Assembly (NCBI RefSeq): GCF_009914755.1
Contig: NC_060929.1
Source of the DNA: the human T2T-CHM13v2.0 reference genome, Homo sapiens
Strand: one strand, 5' to 3'
DNA length: 64,000 nt
Each line of letters opens with the position of its first letter. The first letter of the stretch is position 1. A program made the position numbers and the translations under genes. Of this stretch, positions 1 to 13,700 are shown one piece after another. Under the pieces are notes generated by a model. That model was not told where the DNA came from, searched no databases, and saw nothing but the letters and a program-made list of their open reading frames with translations.

Positions 1-154
1 TCTTTGGAGATAGTTTTCTCCTTCTGGGCTCCAAGGTTCCTGTGTCTGATGGAGAGATCCCTTTGCTTTGGGGGAAGCAACTGGACATTGGCACAAAAGA
101 TGGTCGTTTCTATAGAAACTTGGGTAGAAAATGGGGCTGGGGAGGCATTTTAAA

Positions 155-318
155 AGCAGCACTTCTCAAATTGCAATGTGCAGATGAATCACTTGGGCAC
201 CTTGTTACAATGCAGATTCTGATCCAGTAGGTCTGGGATGGTGCCCGAGATTCTTCATTTCTAATAAGCTCCCAGGTGATGCTGGTGCTGCCATGCGCCA
301 CCCCATGAGAAACTAGAG
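155..318. mobile_element. MER5-family hAT-Charlie DNA transposon relic
   Basis: cagcacttctcaaa...gaatcac...aatgcagattctgatccagtaggtctggg...ataagctcccaggtgatgctg is the typical MER5A/B core. Confidence 0.65.
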
Positions 319-691
319 CTTGAAGGATAATTTGAGGGGATAGAGGACTCTAAAACTTTGAGAAGTTTCATCAAATGTTAAGCCGACCCAGGAACTGGTG
401 CTTGTCTTGCCCCAGCTTCTGACTTAGAAGGAGAGTGTCGTAACTATGGAAACACCAGTGCAAGATTAGGCAGAGCTGGATTCAAATCCAATCTACCTAA
501 CTGTGAGTTTGGCAAATTGCTGATCTTCCCTAAGTCTCAGCTTTCCCAGCTATAAAACGGGGCTTTCACATCATGGGAGGTTGTGAGGACTAAAGGAGAT
601 TAAAGCAATTTTTATCGCTGTTCTACAATGTAAGCTCCTTTCCGCTCTCCAGCTTTCTGATCAGTCTCAGGTTTAAAGTAAAAAAATCTTC

Positions 692-850
692 TTTTTTTTT
701 TTTTTTGAGATGGAGTCTCACTCTGTTGCCCAGGCTGGAGTGCAGTGGCGCAATCTTGGCTCACTGCAGCCTCCGTCTGACCTCGAGTGATCCACCCGCC
801 TCAGCCTCCCAAAGTGCTGGGATTACAGGCTTGAGCCATCAGGCCCGGCC
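692..850 (-). mobile_element. Alu with large internal deletion (right-arm 3' end fused to left-arm 5' part)
   Basis: poly-T then gagatggagtctcactctg...gcagcctccgtc joined directly to tgacctcgagtgatcc...cccggcc; the central A-rich linker is absent. Confidence 0.9.
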
Positions 851-1424
851 ATCTGCGTTTTAATATAATAATATACTATTGGTAGGTTTCATGTCCACAT
901 GTAGAGACCGTTCATTATTATTTTAATGGCTATCCATTTAGAGTAGACATCTAAAGACAAAATCTGCTGTCTGGATTCAGTTCACCTTTCAGAAAGGAAT
1001 ATGCCAGGCTGTGGAGAACAGCATTCCGGAACCTTCCTCTTGGTTTCCTCAGGAGCCTGCATTTCCAAACATCTCCAGGTGACGTAGCATGAAGAAGGCC
1101 GAGAGGGTCAGCAATGCCCCAGGGGAATCCAGAGGGCTGCTGGAAGCTCACTGTGGGGGAGATCCCAGAGTAAGATTCTCATCCAAGGACAATCTGAGAC
1201 CAGAGGACATCCGAGGTATCTGCAGGCATGAGTCTGCAGATTGAGTCATGGAATGAAAAATGTTGAGTGAGGTAAAAGCCCAAGGCAAAAAGATAATGAA
1301 CTCAACTTTCTGCAACTTCTTTTCCCAGCAGGAACCCCTAAATGAATTGCCAGGTCTCTTTAAGACTGGCTCTTCATGGCCTTTTAATGCCTGCAGCTGC
1401 TGTGGGGAGGAAGGCGTTCAATTA

Positions 1425-1720
1425 TCAATTCATTCCTCAAGTCAGCAAATACTTATGGAGCTCCTACTATGCGCCAGACACTTTTCTGGGTACTGGGATG
1501 TTGTGGTGAACAGGATAAACAAGATCCCTGCTCTTACAGATGGTACAGGCAAGTTGGAGAGAGAATGTATACTGAAGCCAAAACAGGATAACTCCAGCTG
1601 GCAAGAAGTGCCAGGAACAGAGTGGACGAAGCAGGGTTACCTGGTGGAGAGCGACTGGGGCTCTTTAAGGTAATCAGGACAGGCTTCTCTGAGGAGGGGG
1701 GATTTCAGCTGAGCTATGAA
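1425..1720 (-). mobile_element. L2 3' fragment
   Basis: attcattc...caaatacttatggagctcctactatgcgccagacac...gtgaacaggataaacaagatccctgctct, the L2 3'-end signature. Confidence 0.55.
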
Positions 1721-1942
1721 GGATGTCTGGGTTTCTTTTGAACCAAAGTCTGCCTCTCCTTCTGAAGCTATAATGTTGGAGACTCCTCTTCCTTGCAGGA
1801 GCAAGGCCTTCAAGTATTCTAGGCGTGGGTGTGCCCTTTAGACCCCCAGTCTTCTCTTTTCCAGACAAGCATTTACAGTTCTTTCAGCTGTTGCTCATGT
1901 GACCCAATTTAGCTCCTCTCAAAATGCTTAATTAATTCTATG

Positions 1943-1973
<31 letters not shown>

Positions 1974-1982
1974 TTCTTTTTT
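1943..1982. repeat. (TA)n microsatellite followed by poly-T
   Basis: about 11 TA units then a T run, seen directly. Confidence 0.95.
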
Positions 1983-2669
1983 AAAAAACTCTGCTTACAA
2001 TCTAATATATGTATATTTTAAATCTGGTGTCCAGATGAAACATTGTGTATGACCACTACAAAAAGACTATTAAGTCCTTGTACTGCATGCTGCGTTTTTA
2101 TTCATTCAGCCAACATTTTTAAAAAATTTGGTTCGGTGCATCACCTTGTTTTTTTAATTGAGCCTGCAGTCAAATAAATTACCTAAGTCCTTTATGCATA
2201 TTGGAACTTGTGCCATATTATTTTGGAAAGTCAATGCAGAGGCTTACATTTATTTGTATTAAATGTAATCTTGTTAGTTTTGGCCTAATTTTTTAAGCTG
2301 GTCTGGATCTTTTTGCTTTCTGATTCTGTTAATATATTTCCTTTTCTAAATAATTTACCAAGAAGGCTGAGAGGATATCCTGGGGGAGGGACGACAGGAG
2401 CTTGGCCTAAGGGCGGTAGGAATGTAAACAGAAAGACAAGGATGGATTCAGGCTGTATTTGGAGGGTAGACTGATGGGTTGGAGGTAGTAAGGGAAAGAG
2501 AGAAATTGAGCATAATTCCTGGGTTTGGGGTCTGAGCAACAGGACCAATATATTGCCACTAATTGAAATGGGGAAGACTGGGTAGGGGGCATATTTGCAA
2601 GGAAAAATTATTTCACTCATTGGGATAATAGTAATTTTTGTTTTTTCCCCTATTTTCTTTATTTCCAAG

Positions 2670-2714
2670 TTATTAACACTAATATCTTGGGGCAAGAAAA
2701 TGAAGGTTGTGAAG
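2670..2714 (+). other. candidate 45-nt spliced exon
   Basis: long pyrimidine tract ending ...ttctttatttccaag| and donor AAG|GTGAGT; no transcript evidence available. Confidence 0.35.
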
Positions 2715-3302
2715 GTGAGTTCTGATTATTGAATTCAGAACAAGATGTGAAGGATGAGGCAGAAGCGGCTCCGGACATGTAGAAGGGTGCAGACATTTGC
2801 TTTCTAAACCAGGCTGTAAAAACCAGTTCTGTATTCCTTGCAAAAGCAGAGACTCAGAGGTGACCCTATTGAGTTACACAAATTTCTGATGGGAATAGAA
2901 ATAAAAGATGTTCCCAGTCTCTTTCAGCTTTTATCAAATACAAGAACCAGAGGGCATAATCCAAGCTAAGGAAGGATTGAGCCCTGAGGAGTTGCAGAGG
3001 AGTGTGTTAACCAGAAGCAGTTCATCCTTGGCATATACTTATAGGAGGGAGCAATAAAATAGCACAAATGCTTTTGAAATAGATTTTATATTTAGAAAAC
3101 AGAAAGTTGGGACATAGGTATCATTTTTATTGCCAGGTTCTAGCCCTTGGTTTGCTGTAGGACCTTTGCCAAGAAATTTTCCTTGTAATCACAGAATCCT
3201 GGTGTACTAAAGGGAAGGGGCTTTACAGATCCATCTTGTGCTGCAGGGTTTTTAATCAGGGGAGCACACTGGAATCATATGGGGGATTTTTCTCTAATAC
3301 TA

Positions 3303-3595
3303 TTTTTTTCTTTTTTGAGATGGAGTCTTGCTCTGTCACTGAGGCTGGAGTGCAGTGGTGTGATCCCAGCTTACTGCAACCTCTGCCTCCTGGGTTCAAG
3401 TGATTCTCCGCCTTAGCCTCCCCAGTAGCTGAGACTACAGGCACACCACCACGTCCAGCTAATTTTTGCATTTTTAGTAGAGACAGGGTTTCACCGTGTT
3501 GGCCAGGCTAGTCTCAAACTCCTGACTTCAAGTGATTGGCCCGCCTTGGCCTCCCAAAGTGCTGGGATTACAGGTGTGAGCCACCATGTCTGTCC
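3303..3595 (-). mobile_element. AluS
   Basis: full dimeric Alu; TSD ctctaatactattt / ctctaacactattt. Confidence 0.95.
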
Positions 3596-4218
3596 TCTAA
3601 CACTATTTAGACCAGGATTTTGCTACCTTAGATCTTGCTGTTGGGTTGAGCATATTATTTTGAAGAGTTTCCCAAGTCACTTGATGCATATTACCCATCA
3701 AAGATCCCTGATCTGGTGTAACCACCTCATTATAGAGATGAAGAAACCAAGACTTGGAGAGATTAAGAGGCTTGACCAGTGGCTCACAGAGAAGTAGAGC
3801 AATCACCCTGTGAGTCATCTTCCTCTGCAGAGAAAATGTGATAAAATGACACTATTTTATTTCTTTATGCCATCTTTCAGCAACTAAACATGAAACAATT
3901 AACAACTAACTAGATCTAGTAATGTGTAGCTCTGAAAACAGAGTCGAGTGAAAAAGTGAGAAATTGAATGAGATTTATATAAATTAAACAACACAGAGTT
4001 TTGCATTTTACAAACCTACATACATATTTAAGGGTCTGTGTCAAACACATTAGACTGGGTGTCTGTTGGAAGAGAAGGGTATGGGAGAAGCTTCTGGGGA
4101 TAAAAAATTAATACCCAAGAGAGGGGGTCATCTTAACTGATAAGTATGTTCTATGAATTGAGGTTTGAGATTTTTTAATTCTCTGAACTCAAAGTATTAG
4201 AAAAAAAATCTATAACCA

Positions 4219-5058
<840 letters not shown>

Positions 5059-7319
5059 TGTGCAAACATGATTTTCTTTGGCTTTATGTTCTTCTGTGGA
5101 AAAATGGAAGAACTTAAGAGGAAGGGAAATAACATTTACTCAGCTAAGCACTGTGATAGGTGCAAGAGCTACATTCCCTTCTCTACAGTACTGTAGCTTG
5201 AATGTTCAGGGTAAGCTTCTGTGTTGGACATTTCTGGCAGCTTGACATTTTTCTGGCAATGCAAAGATTTGATAAGGTTTGAGAACTGGGAATTTGTCAT
5301 ATAAATAGTAGCTATTAAGTACTTCAAGTTTGTGTCTACTTGGCACAGGACACGGTTGTCCATGCTATTTGAAAAAAAGAAGTGTGAACAGGCCTGCAAT
5401 CCTTCCATTTTAGCTTTTGGCAGACAGTGACTTTGGCATGAGAAGAGTGTACGGTATGTAATAAGATTTAAGTTGTTTGCCACAGGGCATTTGAAAAATG
5501 CAGTTGGGCAGGAACAGATGCTTGAAGAGTTATTAATTATGCTGAAATTTTCAGAGGTCCCCCAAATTTCTTTTAGCCATTTCCTCCTCTCAGTCCTGAA
5601 AGTAAGTTGAGAAGTAAGTTTAATACTGTTAATTTTTCAGACCTCTACTCTCTGGAGAATAAGGCGGATAGTTGATAACTTTTTTTTTAATTGGCAAGAG
5701 AAGTTTAAGTGAGCTCTTTCAGTCTTGAAAATAAGTTTTGATTTTTATAGGTTGAGATCAGTTCCTACTTCATTTAAACTCTTTTCATCCAGTCTTAATT
5801 ATATCCATGTATCTCACAGAGGCTCATCCTCTAGTCTTATGGAATTATCATTCCAGCCAAAAGTGTGGGTGGGAACTGCCATTTCCAGTGACTGACAAAA
5901 GAGCATTTATTCTATTGCCTTGCCCAGTGAAAAGCTAGTGGCCTAGCCACTACTGGTCATTTGCATGCATAGTGGACCATTTCATTAAGAATTTCATTAA
6001 GATGGTAATGTTTAATGTTTCCTGGGAAAAATGAGCTTTTGGCTTATTCAATTATATAATTAAAGCCAGAGAATTAGGGGAGATTGCAAACTGCTTGCAT
6101 AATGTGGGCAAGTATAATGATAAAACTTGTAAATAAGTTCAAAAGAGTCAAGCTCTGCATGAATCCTGAAGCTGAATCATATAAGGAGGGTGTGTATGTG
6201 GAAAATGTGAGCTGAAAAGTGCACCAGAGTTTAATCCTGGTGTCTACCCGCTGAGCTCCTTGATCTCTGAGTCTTTGCTGGGAGATGGATAGTAGAACAG
6301 AGTCAGGGCTGGGGACTGATTGGTTGGGTTCCAGAAAGTTCCAGGAGCACACTTTAGTTTCTCTATAGGTAGTAACTTTCTATATAGAACTGAAATAACA
6401 ATGGCATAGGTATACAGGATTTCTTAACTGGTGGCCAGGTTTCTCTAATGGTGTTTTCCTTTCCTTGCCTCTGAGGTGACATCATCCTTACCCTCTTCCT
6501 GAATTTCTTCTAGCCTACAAAACAGGATGTTCTGCCATTTCGAAAGTACTAAGAAAGCTGTTTCTGCCCTTTCTTTCAATTTTTTACCTACTTTTCTCTA
6601 AGGAAGGTAAAGTCATAAAATGGTTTAGTGAGGTGGAGCTAACTTTCCTGAAGGATTGAGGAGGTGTGGAAAAATTCAATATTGCACATAATATGTATGA
6701 TTCATATGTGAATATTGGACTTTCCTTTTCTTTAAAAATATTCCCTAAGCCATGTGTGCCCTCAGTGGTTCCAGGCTTCCCCTTTTCTTCACCTCCACTC
6801 TTCCAACCATGGAAAGCATGCCTTTCACTTTATTGTGCAGAACAATTAGGTCCTCCCTAGCTCCTACATCCTAACTTGGCTCTGAGGTTTTTTTGTTTTT
6901 GTTTTTGTTTTGTATAACCAAAGGCCCACGAACTATGCTTTTTCTCTCTTCCCCATGATTCCTGTAAGGTCTATGTCAAGAAGAGAGGTTGTTACTGTCT
7001 GTGTGTTTGGCCTGCATTGATGTGCTTGAGACCTAGGGAATCTAACACATGAGAAAGAACCAAGGGAAATGTGTTCTATGCTCTTCTCTGATCTTCTGGT
7101 AACTTTCAAAAGCCAAATACCAGTAGGTTACTCACTTTTTGCAAAATATATGTTTTCACCAGTTCCAAGACCCCATTTAAAATAATCAGAGAGCTTTAGG
7201 GTTCTGGGGTAACAAAAAGGACATCCAGTGATCTTACTTTCTGCATCTTAGCTTTTACTGACTTTTGTAAACCTAGGACGTGTCACAGGAGCCAAAACGA
7301 AGACAGTCTCAAGCCCAGC

Positions 7320-7510
7320 TTAGAGAATCAGTGAGACCACTGTTTAAGTCCTGGTTCTCCACTGCTTAGCTGTGTTTCATCTAAGTTCCCTCATGTGTAA
7401 ACATGGACATGATAGTTTCTACCTCCTGAGGTTCTTGAGAGGATTAAATGAGATACTATTTGTAAAGCACATAGCAGAGCAATTGATCTTTCAACAAATG
7501 GGTTCCTAGT
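7320..7510 (+). mobile_element. MIR
   Basis: ctcatgtgtaaacatgg...ctacctcctgaggttcttgagaggattaaatgagata core. Confidence 0.6.
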
Positions 7511-7942
7511 ATTACATTTCTTAATAAGCCTTATATAAAAGAGACAAGAACATCTCTTCCCACTACGCCATTTCTCCATACCCTCCTGGTTTTAACCTCC
7601 TCCAATTACCAGAATAACAAGGGAGTAGCTGGCCTGCTATGGGATCTTTGCCTCTAATGCAGAGGTGTTCACCTTCTTGTGTCTTTTTTGGGAGCTCTTG
7701 GCCTTCAGGTTGATGGTGATGTAAGGGGCTATTAGTTGGAGCCTGCCTTTTCTAATAGGAGTCTTCCTATTAGAAGACAGACACATTCAAAAGTTATGTA
7801 CATTCTACAGGTGTGCTAAAGGAAAGAGGAAAGTAAGTCTAAGACAAGAGGCATGCAGGTATAATCAGTAAATTTTTTGAAATAGGTAAGCACGAATAGT
7901 ATGACAGAGGCTATAGCTACTTAATTAAAGAAGCTGTTTCAC

Positions 7943-8080
7943 AGAGGCTGAAGCAGAAATATTGCTTGAGCCCAGAAGTTCAAGGCTGTAGTGTGCCATG
8001 ATGATGCCTGTGAATGGCTACTGAACTCCAGCCTGGGCCACATAGAAAGATCCCATCTCTTAAAATAATTAAAAAATTAA
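7943..8080 (+). mobile_element. FAM (fossil Alu monomer), 5'-truncated
   Basis: ggctgtagtgtgccatgatgatgcctgtgaatggctactgaactccagcctggg is FAM-diagnostic; TSD aaagaagctgttt at 7927-7939 and 8081-8093. Confidence 0.8.
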
Positions 8081-9056
8081 AAAGAAGCTGTTTTAGTTCA
8101 GTTGCTTACTTCTAGAGAATCATGGGAAGCATTAGTACAGAATAAAATAGCTTTAATTACATGTAAAGTTTTCAAGATGGGCTAAACTTGGATTCTTTAC
8201 CATCTTTCTCTCTTATGTCCGGTCTTCTGCCTGGGGGGTGGGTAGAGGTGGTATTTAAAGGAATACTTTGATGACAACATTAAAAGTTGACACTCAAAGA
8301 GGACAGTGATACTTTTACCTCTTTTTCTTATAATACATAAGCTGCAATTAATAACTGAATCTAGATGATTACTGGGTTGGTACTAAAGTATTTGAGTGAA
8401 TTCAGTGAAGGCTATCAAAAAATTGAATGGTAAAGTTAGAGATTTTATCAATTAAAGGAATGATTAATATTTTAGATTGAATAGGAAAAAAAGGTTCTCA
8501 TGAACAATACCAAAATCTAGTACCAGGCCTTTACTGGGGCTAAAAATACTTGTTTGAAACTGTGCCGTGTACATACTGACACTGAGTTGGCAGCATTGTG
8601 TAATGCAGTGTGTTCATGTTCTTGCTACACTGTGGCTTTGGCTATTTTAGGGTGATCTTTCTTTGTAGAACCTAAGAGAGCATAGGAATTCAAATTGTTT
8701 GTTAACTTGTTGCTTTCCCAGGCCTTTCTAAAACAACAATGATGGTGATAAAGGATGCTTAAAGCCTTGTAAATTCCCATCCCAATCATGTGTTCTATCA
8801 AGATGTCACCTGTTAGACTCCATGTGTCAATTAGCCAAAAAATGTTAAGAAAATTCTTACATCCCAGTTCTGTTTCTGTCTAAAGGCAGATTTTGGATTT
8901 CAGGTATGTAGGCTCCTACTTTGTGCCTAGAATTGGGCTGAATGCTGCTCAGGTAATAATTCAGGTGTGGGGTGAAGCTACAGTAGGCAATGATGATGGC
9001 AGAGAGAAGGAAGAACAATGAATTTGAGAAAGTGAGGTAAGAAGTGACAGAATTTG

Positions 9057-9683
<627 letters not shown>

Positions 9684-10057
9684 AAGTGACAGAATTTGAT
9701 TAAAAAAAATTGGTGTAATTTATTAGAGCCCCATAATGATATTTTTTTCACAGCTGATGTGGGTGTTATTAATAACATATAGTTTAAAATGGAATTACCT
9801 GAAGTTGTTAGCTCTCAACAATGGGCTGATAAATGAGTTATTATAGAATTTAAAATATGAAGAATATTTTCCTAAAGAACTGACACCAACATGAAAGCCT
9901 ACATAACAACACACAGATAAGTCCAGGCTGACATACTGTGTTTGCTGTTTCATACTACTAATGAGGTGGTGGAGAAACTGGAGAAAGATGTTTCAACACC
10001 CAGAGTCAGAAGCATAGGATGTTGTATTTGAAGGTCCTTTGAAACCATCTTCTAGAT

Positions 10058-10280
10058 CAGAGGTTGGCGAATCTTTTCTGTAAGAAAACAGATAATAAAT
10101 ATTTTAAGCTTTGCGGGCCATATAGTTTTTGTCTCAGTGACTCAACTCTACCCAGGTGTTGTAAAAGCAGTCATGGACAGTTTATAAATGAATGGGCATG
10201 GCTGTGTTCCAAAGCGACTTCATTTACAAAAATAGTGTGTGGATTTAGCCCATGGATTAGGCTGCAGTTTGCTGACACTG
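10058..10280. mobile_element. MER58A hAT-Charlie MITE
   Basis: TIRs cagaggttggcgaat...tttgctgacactg; flanks ttctagat / ctctaggt fit the NTCTAGAN 8-bp target. Confidence 0.85.
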
Positions 10281-11433
10281 CTCTAGGTAAATTCCTCCAT
10301 TTTACAGACGGGAAAACTGAGTCGAATCAGTGTGTATTTAAAATACTTAGCATGGTGCCTAGCACATAGTAAATATTCAACAAATGATAGTTATTTTTAT
10401 TATTGGGAGGGTCTTTGCCTAAAAGTGATACAGGGAGTGGTGAGCTATAAAAGTATTGTCAACAATGACAACAATGATAGTATGCTTATTTGTCTATGTT
10501 AAATACACATACTTTTTTTTTTTTAATTTGAAGGATCTTTTTCTCTGTGAGGAGCCATTTGAATTTGGTGTCTCTCCTCCTTTTTAAAAAATAAAAACTG
10601 TAATATGTTAAACATAACACCGTTCTTCAAAATTCAGCTACATCATCCTACTTGCTAACTGTTCCAATTCCACATTCTAATCCACAGGCCATATCCCTGG
10701 ACTCTTAGGTAAGCATCTGAGATCTCTGTTATTTTAGAATATGGTCTCTTTTTCTCCCTTCCTCTTTTCTTATCTTCTACCTTAAACCAGGATGAAACCT
10801 AGGCTCTGGGGTATAGTGTATCATTTTGAGAGATAATGAATGTCACCAAAGTGACTACAAAATTACAGGGCCATCTCTGACTCTCCCTTTGCAGTTAATG
10901 TAGTGAAATTGTACAGTTAATGTTTGTAAAGAACGATGGAGATGAAAAGCAATATCTGAGTACTAAATGTTATTACTAAGAAAAGGAGAAGCTGAATCAT
11001 TCTTTTTATATGTGTCCTTAGCCACTCCAACCCAAACCTAATATGAGCATGGAATTTCATAACTTTAACGGTTCTTTTAATAATGTTCAATCAGATATGA
11101 AATTAAGAAAACGAGGCTTGCCTTCTGCCCCTGCTCTGCCTAAGCTGACGTTTTAGGCAGAGTGTGAATAATATTTCCTAGTTCCCATGGAGCAGACTGA
11201 ACAAATGATGTGAGAATCTCTTCAGTTCCAACCAAGTGGCGGGAACCAGCTAAGAGTTGGGTACTGCTGAGGAAAATTGATGGGCAGTTGGTAAAATAGG
11301 TGTGAATGAGAGAAAGCTTTGTTGGGGAACCATGGTGGGTATGTGGGCACGTTCTACATTACTACAAGTATTGGGAATTTCCCAGGGGAACAGCAAAATC
11401 TTGTCCTATTTATGTTTAATTTTAAAAAATTCC

Positions 11434-11876
<443 letters not shown>

Positions 11877-12003
11877 TCAAGGGCAAAGGCAACAGGTGGA
11901 CAGGTATGGTCTATTACCAGGGTATAGAAATGATGGTTATGTCAAGGTCAAGTTTTCACCTGGATACAACAGGCTGCTCATATCTTTTTTTTTTTTCCAT
12001 CCA

Positions 12004-12164
12004 TTTTTTGTTTTTTAGAGACAGGGTCTTTTTCTGTTGTTCAGGTGGGAGTGCAGTGGCCGATCATGGCTCACTGCAGGCTTTGAACTCCTGGGCTTAA
12101 GGGATCATCTCATCTCAGCCTCCTGAATAGCTGGGGCTACAGGCATGAGTCACTGCACCCAGCC
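12004..12164 (-). mobile_element. Alu monomer (FRAM / AluJ right arm)
   Basis: agagacagggtc...gctcactgcaggctttgaactcctgggcttaag...cactgcacccagcc. Confidence 0.8.
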
Positions 12165-13059
12165 TTATGTCTCATTTTTATACCCATAGAGAGAGAGATA
12201 CTTTTTCACCTGGTCCTACAGTCATTTTAATTATGCACAACACACCAATGTCTGCTGTGATCATAATTACAACTCTGACCTGTGTTCTTTTGTGATTTAA
12301 ATATATTCTCCTAAGTCTGGCTCTGAAAGTTGATTTACTGTGGTAAGTCGTACCCGATGCCATGTAGCCTCAGAGAATGTGGCTGAAGTCTGGAGTTGTT
12401 AGAAACCAGGCATGATTTGAAGATATGCAGTGGGGAAGGTAGAGATAACTGAGAAGAGAAACTGAAGTTTAGATTCTGGTCTTGGCACTTGTGACCCAGG
12501 ACTTGTGTTGTTTTGAAGGCCATCAGAAAATAGTTGCCACATATTGGTGCTACTGTATTGTAGATGCCATGTATGCATTGGACAGCTCCTTTCTGAGTGC
12601 CCATGCACAAAGCCCTGCTTTATGGGACAGCAGATAAGATGATCAGAGCACAGTTTAGAAACTCAAATACGTAAAATGGACTATTATCAAGGTGTTAATG
12701 AGGGGGTAAGTATCAATGTTTATACTACCATAAGATTCTTGTTTGCTTTACAAAAGAATCTTAGTTCTGTGATTCCCTATCTGGGTTTGCAGAACACTCT
12801 GGGCAGTGGGTTGTTGCAACAAGTTCACAAATTCATGAGTTCACCAAGAACAAGTAATAGGTCTTACACATAAGTGCATGACTATCTTTAAATACATATA
12901 GATGATAATATGATTAAGATTAAAAAACACAAACTATTACTGATTTCAGTTGCTTTTTAGCTTTCTAGCAGCTGATCTTTAAAGTGTTTCTGTGTTGCCA
13001 TCCTACAGGAATTCACATAATGCCTTTACAGTAAGATGTATCTTCATGATTTTTTTTTG

Positions 13060-13700
13060 TTTAAACATTTTAAAGTAATTTAAAAATAAGAACAAATTAT
13101 CGTATATATATTCACATATTTATCATTTCTAGTGCTTTTCAGTCCTTTGTGTAGATCATAATTTCCATCTGGTACCATTTTCTTTCTGATGGACTTCCTT
13201 TTACATGTCTTATAGTATGTGACTATGGGTGATGAATTCTTCCAGCTTTTTTACATCTGAAATAAGTCTTTATTTAACCTTTGTTTTTGAAAGATATTTC
13301 CAGTGGGTATAGAGTTCTAGGCTGACTGTTTTTCTTTCAGTACTTTAAAGATGTTGCTTCACTATTTTCTGGCTTTCCGTCTGCTGTCATTCTTAGCTTT
13401 GTTCCTTTGTACTTGATGTATCTCTTTCTTCTGGCTGTGTTAAAGCTCTTCTCTCTATTACTGGTTTTAGGCAATTTGATTATGATGTACCTTGGTATTC
13501 TTGTATGGGGTTCATTGAACTTGTTGGAACTGCGGGTTTATTTTTTTCACCAAATCTCATTAGGCTGCTTAAAATTATCTCACAGTTCACTGATGCTCTG
13601 CTCATTTGTTTTTCCAGTCTTATTTTCCAGCTTCATTTTGAATAGTTTCTGTTGCTGTGTCTTCAAGTTCATGAATCTTTTCTGCTGCAGCTCTAATCTA
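13060..13700 (-). mobile_element. old L1M internal fragment
   Basis: T-rich segment with tttttgaaagatatttccagtgggtatagagttctaggctgac, typical of antisense L1M sequence. Confidence 0.6.

Noticed and set aside
5979-6002. 12-bp tandem atttcattaaga x2 and similar short duplications
   Set aside because: Ordinary slippage duplications with no further structure.
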